A stretch of 64,000 bases of DNA from Heterodontus francisci (Eukaryota), in the NCBI RefSeq assembly GCF_036365525.1, contig NC_090375.1:199445864-199509863 (forward strand), read 5' to 3'. Of this stretch, positions 25,740-38,503 are shown in pieces (positions within the stretch are counted from its first letter, which is position 1; each line of letters begins with the position of its first letter). Made by a program: the position numbers and the translations under genes. The notes under the pieces are model-generated. The model saw only the letters and a program-made list of their open reading frames with translations, was not told the DNA's origin and searched no databases.

Positions 25740-26158
25740 TTCAGCACTGCAATTCAAACATCACCAAAACCACATCCGATTCAACTGAAAACTGCCGAAA
25801 TCTTCCTCCTTCAGTTAAAGGTTTACTCTCTCGCATATCGTAAAAATTACACTAAGTAAACAGCTACCCTCACCGAGTTGTCCATTCCTTTACCTTTAGA
25901 TCCGACATGGAACATCACAGGAGAAGAGGACACAGACAGTGAAATCGGGTGAAATATCCTGTTGATTCTCTCCCCAGACGGTAGCCAGGCAGTGCCCAGC
26001 ACGGCACTGACACTGTCTGAGTCTTGCTCACCCATCACCCCATTGTTTTCCAGCCGCAATTGGTTCTCTGGCCCCAAACAATCCAACTGGAAATCTTGAT
26101 CCTCATTTCCGAATCCTCCTCGACCCTACCTCTGCAACCTTCCCCACTTTATAACAGC

Positions 26159-26195
26159 AGTTCTGACGAAGTGTCACTGACCTGAAACGTTAACT
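26159..26195 (+). ncRNA. Minimal type I hammerhead ribozyme motif in a Penelope-derived terminal repeat
   Basis: AGTT(stem I)-CTGACGA-AG(T)GTC ACT GACCT(stem II)-GAAA-CG-TT-AACT(stem I'), with palindromic ACGT stem III as in PLE-associated minimal hammerheads. Activity is untested. Confidence 0.6.
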
Positions 26196-26589
26196 CTGCT
26201 TCTTTCTGCACAGATGCTGCCAAACCAGCTGAGTATTTCCATCATCTATTGTTTTTATTTCAGATTTCCAACATCTGCAGCCTTTGCTTTTATTCCCCAC
26301 TTTATATCCCGTGCCGTGTCATTTGATCCTCCCATTCTGGCCTCTTTTACTTCTCTGCTCCATTATCGTTCAGCCTCGAACGTCTACACGTTGGGATTCA
26401 TTTGCTAAACTCCCCCCTTCCTACTTTTCTTTCCCCCTTCAGAGCTCTCCCCAGAAACTATCTTTTTGACTCTTTACAAATGAAGCATAACTTCCTAACT
26501 TTTCAGCAATCTCTGTTCACTCTTCCACTCATGTTTAACCATCATATCTCCTTTATTCGCACCTTGATTTTTAAGTTAAAGGTAAATGA

Positions 26590-28520
26590 ATAGAAACATA
26601 GGAACATGAGGGGATCATTCAGCCCCATGAGTTTACTCCACCATTCAATTAGATCATGGCTGATCTATATTTCAGCTCCATTTACCTGGCCTTGCTCCAT
26701 ATGCCTTGATATGCTTACCCAACAAAAATCTATCAACCGTCACCTTAAACATTTCAATTGACCTCCAGCATTCACAGCCTATTGGGGGAGTGAGTTGCAG
26801 ATTTCCACAACCCTTTGTATGAAGAAGTGCATCCTGACATCAACACTGAACAGCCTAGCTCTAATTTTACATTACACCCTTGTTCAGGGCTCCCCCACCA
26901 ACGGAAATAGTTTCTCTGTATCTACTCGATTGAATCATTTCATTATTTAAAAATCTCGATTAGAACACTCCTCAATCATCTTCACTTAAGAAAATACATG
27001 CCAAATTTATACAATCTGCCCTCATAATTTAACCCATCATTCTGGTAAATGTGCACTGCAACCCTCCCAATTCTAGGTATTCATCCTGAGGTACAGTGTA
27101 CAGAACTGAATGCAATACTCCAGGTGGGGTCTGATCAAGGTTGTGTACAACTGAAGCATAACTTCCTCAATTTTGTATTCTACTTCTTTTACAGCTGTGG
27201 CTCAATGGCAACACTATCACCTCTGAGTTAGAAAGTTGTGAGTTCAAGTCGCACTCTAGACACTTGAGCATATAATGTCGACTGACTTTCTGGTGTAGTA
27301 CTGAGGGAGTGCTGTAGTATTGAGGTAGCATCTTCCAAATAAGACATGAAACTAAGGCCCTATCTGCCCTATCAAAGAACATGAAGACTCCATGACACTA
27401 TTTTGAAGATGAGCAGGGGAGGGGAGCTCCCTCTGGTGTCCTGGACAATATTTTTCCCTGAACCAAAATCGTTATCTGGATTACCCAATTGCTGTTTGTG
27501 GGGCCATGTTGTGCACAAATTGGCTGCCGTGTTTTTCTTTATATTACCACAGTAGCTACACTTCAAAAGTCTTTCTTTCTGCACTACAAAGGCCAATATT
27601 TGAGTATCCTTCTTGATTACACTTTGTTCCTGTTCCCTAGCTTTTACTCACAGGAACACCAAGGTTTCATTAGGCTTCCACAGTTCCTATATTCTCACCA
27701 TTAAGAAAATATTCCAGTTTCTTTTCAGATCCCTGGTTAATGACCTGACACTTCGCCATATTGAACTCCATTTGACACAGTTTTGCCCACTCACTTTATC
27801 TATCTATGTTCATTCATAATTTACTACTCACATCTGCACAACTTATTGTGCCATCCACAATCTTGGATATACAGCTCCATATTCCTTTATCCACTAATAT
27901 AGATGGTTAAAAAAATATGAGGCCCCAGTGCAGATCCCTAGATAAACAACTGCTGTCAATTCCCGTCAATTAGAGTACAATCACGTGGCAAACCTGTCCT
28001 ATCTCCCAACATATTACTAACCCACTAACTAATAATCTCGTGCAAAACCTTTCCAAATACCTTCTGGAAGTCCATATAGACAGCATACATAGGCACTTCC
28101 CTGTCCACCATGTTCGTGATCTCCTCAAAAAGTCAACTAGAACAGGCAGATGTGACCTACCCCTGACAAATCCATGCTGACTCTCTGAGCAGCTCAGTCA
28201 CTCTGTCCCTGAAGACAGACTCCAGTAATCCTCCCACAATCCCTGTCTCTAGAGAGCTTTGTGAAGTTATGACCAACACTCTTGTAATTTCCTCACCCAA
28301 TTTCTGGTAACGCCCTGGGAGGAAACCACTAGGTCCTGGAGATTTTTAAATTTAAGTTCCATTATTTCCATGATTACAATTTTTTGCCCAGCTCCTCTTC
28401 TCGCCTCATTTTTGGGTTATCTGGTACCCGTTGATTCATTTGTCTATTTTCTGCTCTTCCACTGTGAAAACGGATACAAACAAGTCTGTCTGTTCGTTAT
28501 TATCCGTTATAGTCTCAGTT
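26590..28520 (-). mobile_element. Degraded CR1 LINE fragments with a nested Deu-SINE (about 27190-27570)
   Basis: CR1 3' tail at 26590-26720 and degenerate RT-like nucleotide similarity to the CR1 copies at 50835-54740. Confidence 0.6.
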
Positions 28521-28817
28521 GCATCTGCTTTTAAATGGGTCCACAATTCCGAGCTGGTTGCTCGCCATCTTCCTATTGCCCCCACTAGGGGGAATGAAAA
28601 GAGGTAGATTAAAAATGTCTGATAAAATCTTACATTACTCCTCCTTCTGGTGCCGGATATGTATAGACGGCCACCCCCAGTGGTTCGAGCAAGAGGCAGA
28701 GCGCCCAGTTCATATTGGGCGAAAGTAGTCGGGGTCACTTCCTCCGAGTCTGTTGGTGCCGTTTAGTGGGGCCGGGCACAGGCGTTTCTACAGGGAACAG
28801 CCCCGGAGAAAGACAGC

Positions 28818-29369
28818 ATGTCGCCTTACTTAGCCCTGGTGCTCACTCTGTTGTCTTGTAAGTTTATCCCGAAGCAATTAAATAGTTTTTTAAAATCACT
28901 ATGATATGCCATCGTAGGATCATATTGCACAGAAGGAGGCTATTCGGCTCATCGTGCCTATGTGGCTCGCTGAAAGAGATTCAATATCTGCAGCATCGTG
29001 TGTTGTACAGACTCTAATACCCGCATGGTTATAATGTGTCTCTGTCTCTCTTCAGCCGCGTCGGTCGCTCTGGTGACCTTGAAACAGGAGGTTTTATCCA
29101 TGACCAGGAGCGCTGGGAAGACAGCACGCTTCGTGTGCCAGATTGAAGGCTTGGACAATATAGCGACACATCCCATTTACTGGTACCAACAGAGAGGGAC
29201 AGTCATCCGCGGGATCGTCCATCACCAGAGCCAGGAAACCACCTGGCTACACCCAGACTTCACCTCCCGATTCAATTTCGAAATCATGGAAGATTCTGCC
29301 ATCTGCTTTCTAATAATCAATAACATTGTGCTGAGCGACACATCCACCTATTACTGCGCCGCCAAGTCA
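28818..29369 (+). CDS. TRGV: TCR gamma V segment 6 (leader exon 28818-28857, V exon 29056-29369), open frame, divergent family
   Basis: Leader MSPYLALVLTLLS|GTAAGT; V domain ARFVC..PIYWYQQ..DTSTYYCAAKS. Confidence 0.92.
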
Positions 29370-29408
29370 CACGCTGGTGTTGTTTTATTGAACCTTCATA
29401 CAAAAACC
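29370..29408 (+). other. 23-RSS (V6), variant heptamer
   Basis: CACGCTG-23-ACAAAAACC. Confidence 0.9.
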
Positions 29409-30264
29409 TCCTGCTTTGTAAAGCTGTAGAAAGAAGTTTCTGGAGTCTATCGATCCACCAGCTCCAAAACAGCAGCAGCGAGAGAGTGGCAGCTCTGGAA
29501 ACTGCACGTAGAGTTTTAACCCTCTCAACTTCCAGATCATGGGGCCACTCCCTCCTTCCAGGTATCGGGCTCGTCATTCACGGCAGAGCTATGGCCCGTG
29601 GGAACCTCACAGTACCCGCTAGTGTCTCAATCTGGCGCTTGCTACAGCAAACAGGCCCCTTGTGCTTTGAGACAGGTCATTCATCCCCGAGGAAAGCGGT
29701 TACGCCAGGTGTAAGTTGGTATTCACAGCTCCAGGTGAAGCTCGTTGTAGCTGGGGGCAGGCGCTTGTTCCAACCTCGAGGTTGGGGCGGGTAGGTGGTA
29801 GAACTGCTCAAACTTCCATCCGGTTAAAGCCATTTAACACGATTGAACCTGACACCTTTCTAGTCTGCTGAGCTCAGCAGCTTTCCCGGTTTCCTAATCA
29901 CTCACTGTACCGCCAGGGCCAGATTTCAATAAGTTTAAAAACTAACTGGGGATAAAGGGATTGTTGATGTAGAAATCGATTGGACCAAGGAGAAGAGAGA
30001 GAGTCAGGGGTTGAGTTGGAAGAGTGATGGATTTCATGAAGGAACTGAGTTTGATGTGGGTTGTTCAGAAAGGTTGTGGGGGGTGGGGGGTGGGCGGTGG
30101 TATGAGGGAACGGCAAAGCATAGAGGGTAGGGTTTGGAATTATAGAGTGGGGAATTGTTGGGAGAGGCAGCATGCTGGCCTCAATTTTGAAAAAAAATGC
30201 ATGGACTCATCATGCTTGATAGCAGAAGTTCGGGCGGGTGGAGGAAAGTTGAAGGAAATGTTTC

Positions 30265-33200
30265 GTCATAGAGTCATAGAATCATAGTCATAGTCTTAGA
30301 GTCATTCTGGTGCAGAAGGAGGCCATTTGGCTCATAGGTTCTCTGCTGGCTGTCTGTAGAGCAATCCAATCAGTCCGATTCCTCTGCTCTATCACGGTAG
30401 CCCTGCAGTTTTTCTCCCCTTAAATGCCCATTCAAATTCCTTTTGAAATCATTCATCATCTTCGCTTCCACAACCCTTGAAGCAGTGAGTTCCAGGTCAT
30501 TACCATTTCCTCACACCCCCTGCATCTCTTATTCAAAAACTTAACTGTGTCCCCTAGTCCTTGTCCCATCAACTAATAGGAACAGCTTTTCTTGGTCTAC
30601 CTTATCTAAACCTGTCATAATCTTGTACATCTCGATCAAATCTCTCCTCAATCTCCTTTGCTCCAAGGAGAACACTCCCAGCTTCTCCACCCTAACATGG
30701 TAGCTAAAATCCTTCATTCCTGAAACCATTCTGGTAAACCTTCGCTGCACCCACTCAAGAACCCTCACACCTTTCCTTGAGTGTGGTGACCAGAACGGGA
30801 TGAAATACTCTAGAAGTGGCTGCACCAGAGCTTTATAAAAGTTCTGCATAATTTGGCTGCTTTTGGACTCAACGCCTCTATTTATGAAGCCCAAGATCCC
30901 ATATGCTTTGCTAATTATGTCCTGCCACCTTCAAAGACCAATGCACATGAACCCTCCCCAGGTCCCTCTATCCCTGCCCACTCATTGGAACTGTGCCATT
31001 AAGTCTATATTGCTTCTCCCTATTCCTTCTGCCAAAATGTACCTCCTGACACTTTTATGAATTAAATTCCGTCTGCAACTTGTCTACCCATTCTGCTAGC
31101 CTATCTACATCCTGTTGCAGGCAATTTGTATCATCCTCACTGTTTGCCATGCCTCCAGGTTTGGTATCATCAATAAATTTTGAAATTTTGCTCTGTGTTC
31201 CACTATCCAAGATATTTATATATATATCAAGCAACACAGTGGTCCTAGCACTGAACCTTGGGGAACACCTCTATCTACCATTCTCCATTTACCATGACCC
31301 ACTGTTTTCTGTCCTTGAGACCAATTTTTATCCAAGTTGACACTGACCCTTCTATTCCATGGACCTCAATTTTGTTGACCAGCCTCTTATGTGATACTTC
31401 ATCAAACGCTTTCTTAAAATTCATATGGACAACATTCATTGCCTTCCCTTCAGCAACCTTCTCTGTCACTTCATCAAAATATTCAATTAGATTAATCAGG
31501 CATGTTCTGCTTTTTGCATATCTTTGCTGGTTTGCTTTAATTAACTCAAACCTCTCGAAGTGTCTGTTAATAATTTCCCTGATTATTGTTTCTAAAGCCT
31601 TACCTGCGCTGATGTTAAACTGACTGGCCTGTAGTTACTAGGAATGTCCTTACACCCTATCTTGAAGAAGGATGTCACATTTGCCACTCTCCAATCCTCT
31701 GGTACCTTTCCCATATCTCGGGAAGATTGGAAGATTATGGAAAGACCTCCACCCCCAATCCCTCAGCAACCTGGGATGCTGACTTATTCACTCTAAGGAT
31801 AGCCAGTCTGTCCAGTACGTCCTGCCTATCAATATGCACCTCATCCATTACCTACATCATCTCCGCTTCTACTGATTCTCTTCCTTTATAAACACCAGTA
31901 CTAAGAACTCATTAAGTATTCTAGCCTTGCCCTGAGCCTCTAAGCATATTTTGTCCCTTTTTGTCCCTAATAGGACCCACTCTGCCTCTTACTATATGCT
32001 TACTCTTTACATGGTGGTAGAAGATGTTGGCTTCCCTTTTATATTAATTGCCATTCTATTTTCATATTCTCTCTTTGCCAGTCTTATTTTCTTCTTCACT
32101 TCTCCTTTGAATTTATTGAATTTGGCCTGGTTCTGGCTTGAAGAATTCACCTGACGTGCATCTTACATCCTCTTTTTTCATCATATTCATAATCTCCCTT
32201 GCCATTCAAGGTGCCCTGACTTTGGCCCCCTTACCTTTTGCCCTTGTTGGAATGTATATGAAACATCTCCTCCTTAAACATCACCCATTGTTCCATGACA
32301 AATTTTCCCATGTGTCTTTGGTTCCATTTTACCCTGGCAAGATCCTATTATCCCATTGAAATTAGCCCTCTTCCAATCCAGATTTTCTAGTTTAGATTGT
32401 TCCTTGCTCTTCTCCATTACTAATCTAAATCTTATGATGTGATCACTCTTAGCCAAGTGTTCCCCACAGACTGTTGGTTTAATTGGCCTAACTCATTCCC
32501 CAGCACCAGATCCAACAGTGCTTCCTTCCTAGTGGAATGAGAACATACTGGTCAAGGAAGTTCTCCAGAACACATTTCAGAAATTCCTTCCCCTCCTTTC
32601 CATTTACTTTAACATTATCCCAATTGATATTTGGTTAATTAAAGTCTCACAATACCACCACTCTATAGTTCTTGCACATTGCTGAGATTACCCTGAAGAT
32701 TTGTTCCTCTACCTCTCTCTCACTATTTGGAGGCCTATAGCATACCTCCAGTAGCCTGATCATATCTTTCTTGCTTCTCAACTCTAATCAAATGGATTCT
32801 GTCTTTGCCTCCTCAAGGACATCCGCTCTTTCCAACACTGCAATGCTTCCCTAGTCAGCATTGCCAACCCACATCCCATTTTTCCTTCCCTATCTTTTCT
32901 GAGCATTTTGTATCATTGAATATTAAGTGCCAAGTCCTCATCATTTTTAAACCATGTTTCCGTTATTGCTACCACATCATATTCCCACATGGCTATTTGT
33001 GCCTATAGTTCACCAACCTTATTCACCACACTTTATGCATTTACATACATGCATTGTAAACCTGCCTTTGTGTTCCTCGTAGCCCTTAGTCTGCTCCTAT
33101 CTAATATAGTACTACTTCCTTCTCTAGTACTATCTAACACACTTACTTTATGCACCTTATTCCTCTTTTCTTCTTCTATATGCTGGTGCCCATCCCCCTG

Positions 33201-34550
33201 TCATGTTGAGATGCAACCTATTCCTTTTGAATAGGTGTTGCTTGCCCCAGAATTGGTCCTAATGACTCAAGAATCTGAAGCCCTCCCTCCTACGCCGTGC
33301 CTGAAGCCATGCATTGACCCCCCCCCCCCCCCCCCCTACCTCCCTATTTCTACTCTCACGAGCGCATGGCACTGGGAATAATCCAGAGATTATTACCTTT
33401 GAGGTCCTACTTTTTAACTTCCTCCCTAGTTCCTGAAAATCTGACTATAGGATCTCAATACCTGCCCTTTCTATGTCGTTGGTACAGACGTGTATCAAAA
33501 CTTCTGGCTCAATCCCTTTCCCTTGCAGAATATTCTGTGCCCTCTCTGTGATGTCCTTTACCCTGACACCTGCTGTCAACAGACCATGTGGGACTCACAA
33601 TGAGTTGCAAAAATGCTTTTCTGTCCCCCTAACTATGGAATCTCCAATAATAACTGCATTTTCTGTACTTTGCTATTCCCTCCTGTGCATTCCTTTGCCC
33701 ATTGGTGGCAAGGTGTGGACTGCACTCCTTCAGGGTGTCATCGCTCCCAGCAGTCTCCAATGTTGAGTACCTGTTTGAGAGTGGCACACACCTTGAAGAG
33801 TCCTGCAGTTCTTACCTCTTCCTACTCTTCCAGGTGGCCACTCATCTACCATACTGAACTCTTATAGCCTGTGGGATGACCACCTCCTGTAACCTCTGAT
33901 CCCGGAAACTCTGCTCCTCCTTGATGCTGCACAATGACTCCAGCTGTCCCTCTATTTCAGAAATCCTGTGCTTGAGCTCAAGCAGCTGGAGACACTTCAT
34001 ACACAGGTGGTCCCAAGGCGCATGAAGTGTCCTGAAGTTTTCAGGTGGTGCAGGATTTGCAAGCGACAGGTCTCAGCTGCTTATCCATGTTCTAAAAAAT
34101 CTCCATTCCCTCTTTTAGAATCTAGTTAGTGCCTTGTTCATACTATTAATTTTAATTAATGCCTCTAGACCCGCTCTGTGCTGATACTTTTATTATTGAT
34201 TCACTTGCTGTTATACTCATCCTGCTCTTGCTGACAATACATTTAGTTTTTTTTACCTTGCTCCCTGACACGCCCGCTCACTCTGCTCTGCTGCTCTGTC
34301 TCAGAATTCTTCAGCTACTCGTTCCTTACCTTGGTGGTCTCCGAACAACCAATCACCTATCTGTTGTCCTGTGCCAACACACCTTGATTTTTCTTTCCTT
34401 GATTTCTTCTCACAGTGCTTTCTGTCTGTCTCCCACTGACTCCCTCAGGCACTCTCTCTCTCTTTGTCTCCCACTGATTCCCCAAGGCTCACTCTCTCTC
34501 TCTCTGTCTCTGGCACATTTTCCCTTAGGCTCACTCTCTCTGTGATGGGA
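30265..34550 (-). mobile_element. Long degraded CR1 LINE (ORF1 and ORF2 remnants)
   Basis: RT C-terminus (30541-30894), FKKAFDEVSH (31275-31469), SKFIDDTK (31055-31237), endonuclease SDH (32274-32456), ORF1 remnants at about 33200-34090, and (catagagt)-type tail at about 30265. Confidence 0.85.
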
Positions 34551-35210
34551 AAGAAGAGTTTTGAGTTGTTCTTACTTTTCAGAATGAGTTTGGATTAATT
34601 GGAGAATTTGTTGCAGAGAGGGTGGATGTACTGTTGAGGTGGTCAGCCAGACTAGTTGAACACCATTTGCCCTTTATTCTACAGCCTTTGAACCTGAGTC
34701 CATACAAAGGTAACTGTTGTACAGGTGAGGTGGAAGGTCAACTGGAATCTGGTGGAGATATGGGTGTCAAAAGGGACAGGCAATTATAGGTCAAGTCAAC
34801 AGAAACATGGACATTTTGCAGGTGATCAGGCAGAGAAGAGGGGTTTAGGTGTTTGAGAGGATACCTGTGTCAGAGTTAGGCAGTCATTTTTCAGGGTTGA
34901 CGAAGGTGGCTGATATCAGAGACAATGTGAGGAACGGTATTGAAGCTAATAAACAAATCCACGTTCTTACTCGGGAGCTACTTGATGCTAAACAATTTAA
35001 ATGGTGCATTTGAGGAGTTTTACAAGTGTGCCCGTTATTCCTCCTCCTCTTGTATTTCTAAATATAGCATTGACCTATCACAGACACCAGCTTTTCTCTC
35101 CGTTTTAAAATTAGTGATTGGTTATTAATCATAATTAACCAACATATAGCTGTCATAACAACTGTTAATGCAGAGATTCGTCACTCTAAGCACTGCTCTG
35201 AATTTTCTGT

Positions 35211-36143
35211 TGTTGCAACCAGGTGAGAAAGGGGTCTAGGGGTTCCCTCTCAGCCTTTGCCTGGTTTGACCGCAACAGGGTTTAAATTTTAAAACACTGC
35301 GTGTTTTAACTCCCCCTCAGTGAATCCTTGTTCACTGTTCTCTAATTGTAATGCAAAGAATGCAACCAGACAGGTTTTCTTAGATTTAAACAAGAAAGAT
35401 GCAAGCTTATTAAATTTAAAGCTCTAATTCAGTTAAAATGACTATGAATACGTGACGTGACCACACTGGCATGCATACGCGATAAAACACACACGCGGAT
35501 AGAGGCTGAAAAGGAGCAAGAATAAAGGGGAAAAGTTTGAAGCAATAGCTGGATGTCAGTTGCTGTCCTTTGAGTTCAATGTAGAGTCTTTGGTTGTAGT
35601 TAAATCTTGTTGTTTTGTTGGGGCCCAGTGCATGCTTTCAAACTTGTTTCGATGTAGGAATCTTCTCTCTTGAGGTTTAAGTGACTTCATTGGATCTGGA
35701 AATTCATGAGAGAGAGAGGACGAGGGAGAGAGACTTTCCTTCTCTGTTGTCTTCAAAGCCTGTCCTGTGAGCACAATTCAAACTTCCAAGTTGGCCAGCA
35801 GGTTAGTCATGTGACTAAATTTTTTCAACAAACTCACCTGCGTTTTTGTGGATTCCTTTCATCTTAGCAGATACCCACAATTTTGGTGTGGGGCAGGCGG
35901 GAAACGGAATGCTGGCTTGTTTCATCTTCAATGCCTAGTGATCAAAATCCATTTGGGTTAATTGGATCATGGAGCAGTTCCATTGTCTTTTCCTAGCCAA
36001 CTGTCTCTGAGAATGCAAATGTTTCCAGCCACTGCTGATCTCTTTAAACAGTTCATCTGTTCAGTCCAGCAACAGTTTAAAATTAATGTTTCATATGACA
36101 AAATTAATATGCCTCATTCGTGGCAGGTGGGGTATTCATGACA
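35211..36143. mobile_element. Solo LTR
   Basis: TGTTGCA...CATGACA termini with imperfect 4-bp flank (CTGT/ATGT); homologous to 2886-3261. Confidence 0.65.
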
Positions 36144-36984
36144 ATGTACTTATTTTGCATTTTGAACATATCCTGATACATTTTAAAATCTTGTTAAGGG
36201 CCTATTGATGTCGCAGGTACATGCCTTTGCATTTAAAAGCAGAGCAGCATGAGTCATGAGCTCCAATAATAATATGTCAGCTTGACTTGTTACTGTCACG
36301 GCAATGGGGTATCAAAAGGTAACCTGGAGAGCGATTGCTAAATCCCCAGCATAGACTAGTGGTTATAGGTGATCATTGATAGTTTCAGCAGCAAGAAGTG
36401 GTGGATAATGAGAGTGTGGGTTAGGAGCACAGAGGTGTGGAATGTACAACAATGACGTGAGGCACATTCTCAGCAGTGTAGGCTATGTGCAGGTGACAGA
36501 AGGGCAGGATATTGATAGGATGAGACTCACTAAGAAGGGATGTTACTGAGATCTGCAATTTGTTCATAAAATTGGGATCAAACTCTTCTTTATCCATCCA
36601 TATCCTATCACTTTCACCCCTGTTTGTTCGGGTAATGACTGATCTTTGTAACACTGTCTGCACTCACTGACAAAACATGATGCCAACTGCTAAAGGGCAA
36701 ACAGTGAGTATTACAAACTCTTCTTTGCTTTTTCATTGCACAGTGCAGACCATGTGCTACTTGCTTCTTACTTTCACATGCTCGTTACTCTTGTGTTTTC
36801 CTTCGATGAATGATGTAATATTTTTATACAGCTGAATCAATTATGGAATAATTATAGAAATAAATCAATAAAGAACTTGTATTTCTATAGTGCTTTTCAT
36901 AACCTCAAGATGTCCCAAAGTGCTTTATAGTCAATGAAGTACTTTTGAAGCACTGTTGTAACATGAGTAAATATGTGTTCATGT

Positions 36985-37320
36985 AATGGTAACTCCATGC
37001 TCCCCTTTGTGCACATCTCCCTTGTTAATTCTGTGACTCTGTGCACAAGCACAACGAATGTGCTTTGTTCTGGGAACCAGTGGACTACAAGAGTTTGTAT
37101 GAGTGGAACATGGCAGCAGCATTTTGAATGAATTGTAATTTGTGAAGAGTTTGAGACAGGGATGTTGGCTAGGAGAGTATTAGAGATGTCAAGACTTGAG
37201 GTGATGAAGCCATGAACTAGGGTTTTGGTCACAATAGAGAGGGCTATGAACAGAGGCAGGCAATCCTGCAGATGTAAAAAGAAAAGTGGTCTTGCTAAAT
37301 GGAATGGATGTGGGGAGGAA
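36985..37320 (-). mobile_element. L2 LINE RT C-terminal fragment
   Basis: KTLVHGFITSSLDISNTLLANIP (36897-37331) resembles the L2 motif ETLVHAFVTSRLDYCNSLL. Confidence 0.7.
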
Positions 37321-37366
37321 GCCAAACCCATGTTTTACCCTTTCTGATGGTCTGCAACAGTGTCAC

Positions 37367-37785
37367 AGACTGGGTCTGTTTTCCCTGGAGCAAAGGAGGC
37401 TGAGAGGGGACATGATAGAGGTATATAAAATTATGAGAGGCATAGATAGGGTAGATAGCCAGAGTCTGTTTCCCATGGTAGGGGTGACTAAAACTAGAGG
37501 GCATACATTTAAGGTGAGAGGGTGGAGATTTAAAGGGGATCAAAGGGGTAAGTTTTTCACACGAAGAATAGTGGGTATCTGGAATGAGCTGCCTGAGGAG
37601 ATGGTGAAGGCAGGAACACTAGTGACATTTAAGAGGCATCTGGACAGGTACTTGAATGAGCAAGGCATAGAGGGATATGGAATCAATGCAGGCAGGTGGG
37701 ATTAGTATAGATAGGCATTATGGTTGGCATGGACGCGGTGGGCCGAAGGGCCTGTTTCTATGCTGTATGACTCTATGACTCTATG
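37367..37785 (+). mobile_element. Young CR1 LINE 3' end
   Basis: Intact RLGLFSLEQRRLRGDMIEVYKIMRG..TRGH..FFT.R...WN.LP and (ctctatga)n tail. Confidence 0.9.
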
Positions 37786-38282
37786 AGAAGTCACATAGGG
37801 TATGTTAAATAACCTTATCTCAGTGTCCACACTTTCACCTGAGAATTTTGAGTTCAGGTCACATTTCAAAGACTTGAGCCCATAATCTAGGCTGACACTT
37901 CAGTACACTACTGAGTTAGTGCTAAACAGTCATAGATGCTGTCTTTTGAATGATCTCGCAGGTGGATGTAAAAGATGCTATGGCACTATTTCAAAGAAGA
38001 GTAAGGGGAGTTCTCCCAAGTGTCCCGGCCAATATGTATCCCTTAACCAACACAACTAAAAGTTCGATTACCTGGTCATTATCACATTGCTGCCTGTGGG
38101 ATCTTGCTGTGTGAATATTGACTCCTGCATTTCCTAGTTTACGAAAGTAACTACACTTCAAAAAATACTTCATTCACTGTAAAGCATTTTGGAACCTCCT
38201 GAAGTCATGAAAGTTTCTCTATATGATGGAAGTTTGTTCTTTATTATGACTGGCTGGATTCCAATCTTACACCTAAACAATA

Positions 38283-38503
38283 AAATAAAAGCAAAGTTCT
38301 GCAGATGCTGGAAATCTGAAATAAAAGCAAGAAATGCTGGAAATACTCAGCAGGTCTGGCAGTATCTGTGGAAAGAGAAGCAGAGTTAATGTTCCAGTTC
38401 TTCAGAACTGGTGAAGGGTCACTGACCTGAAACGCTAACTCTGCTTCTCTCTCCACAGATGCTGCCAGACCTGCTGAGTATTTCCAGCATTTCTTGTTTT
38501 TAT
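38283..38503. mobile_element. Hairpin element made of two inverted Penelope terminal-repeat arms
   Basis: About 75-bp arms 38319-38393 and 38431-38503 are near-perfect reverse complements. Confidence 0.85.
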
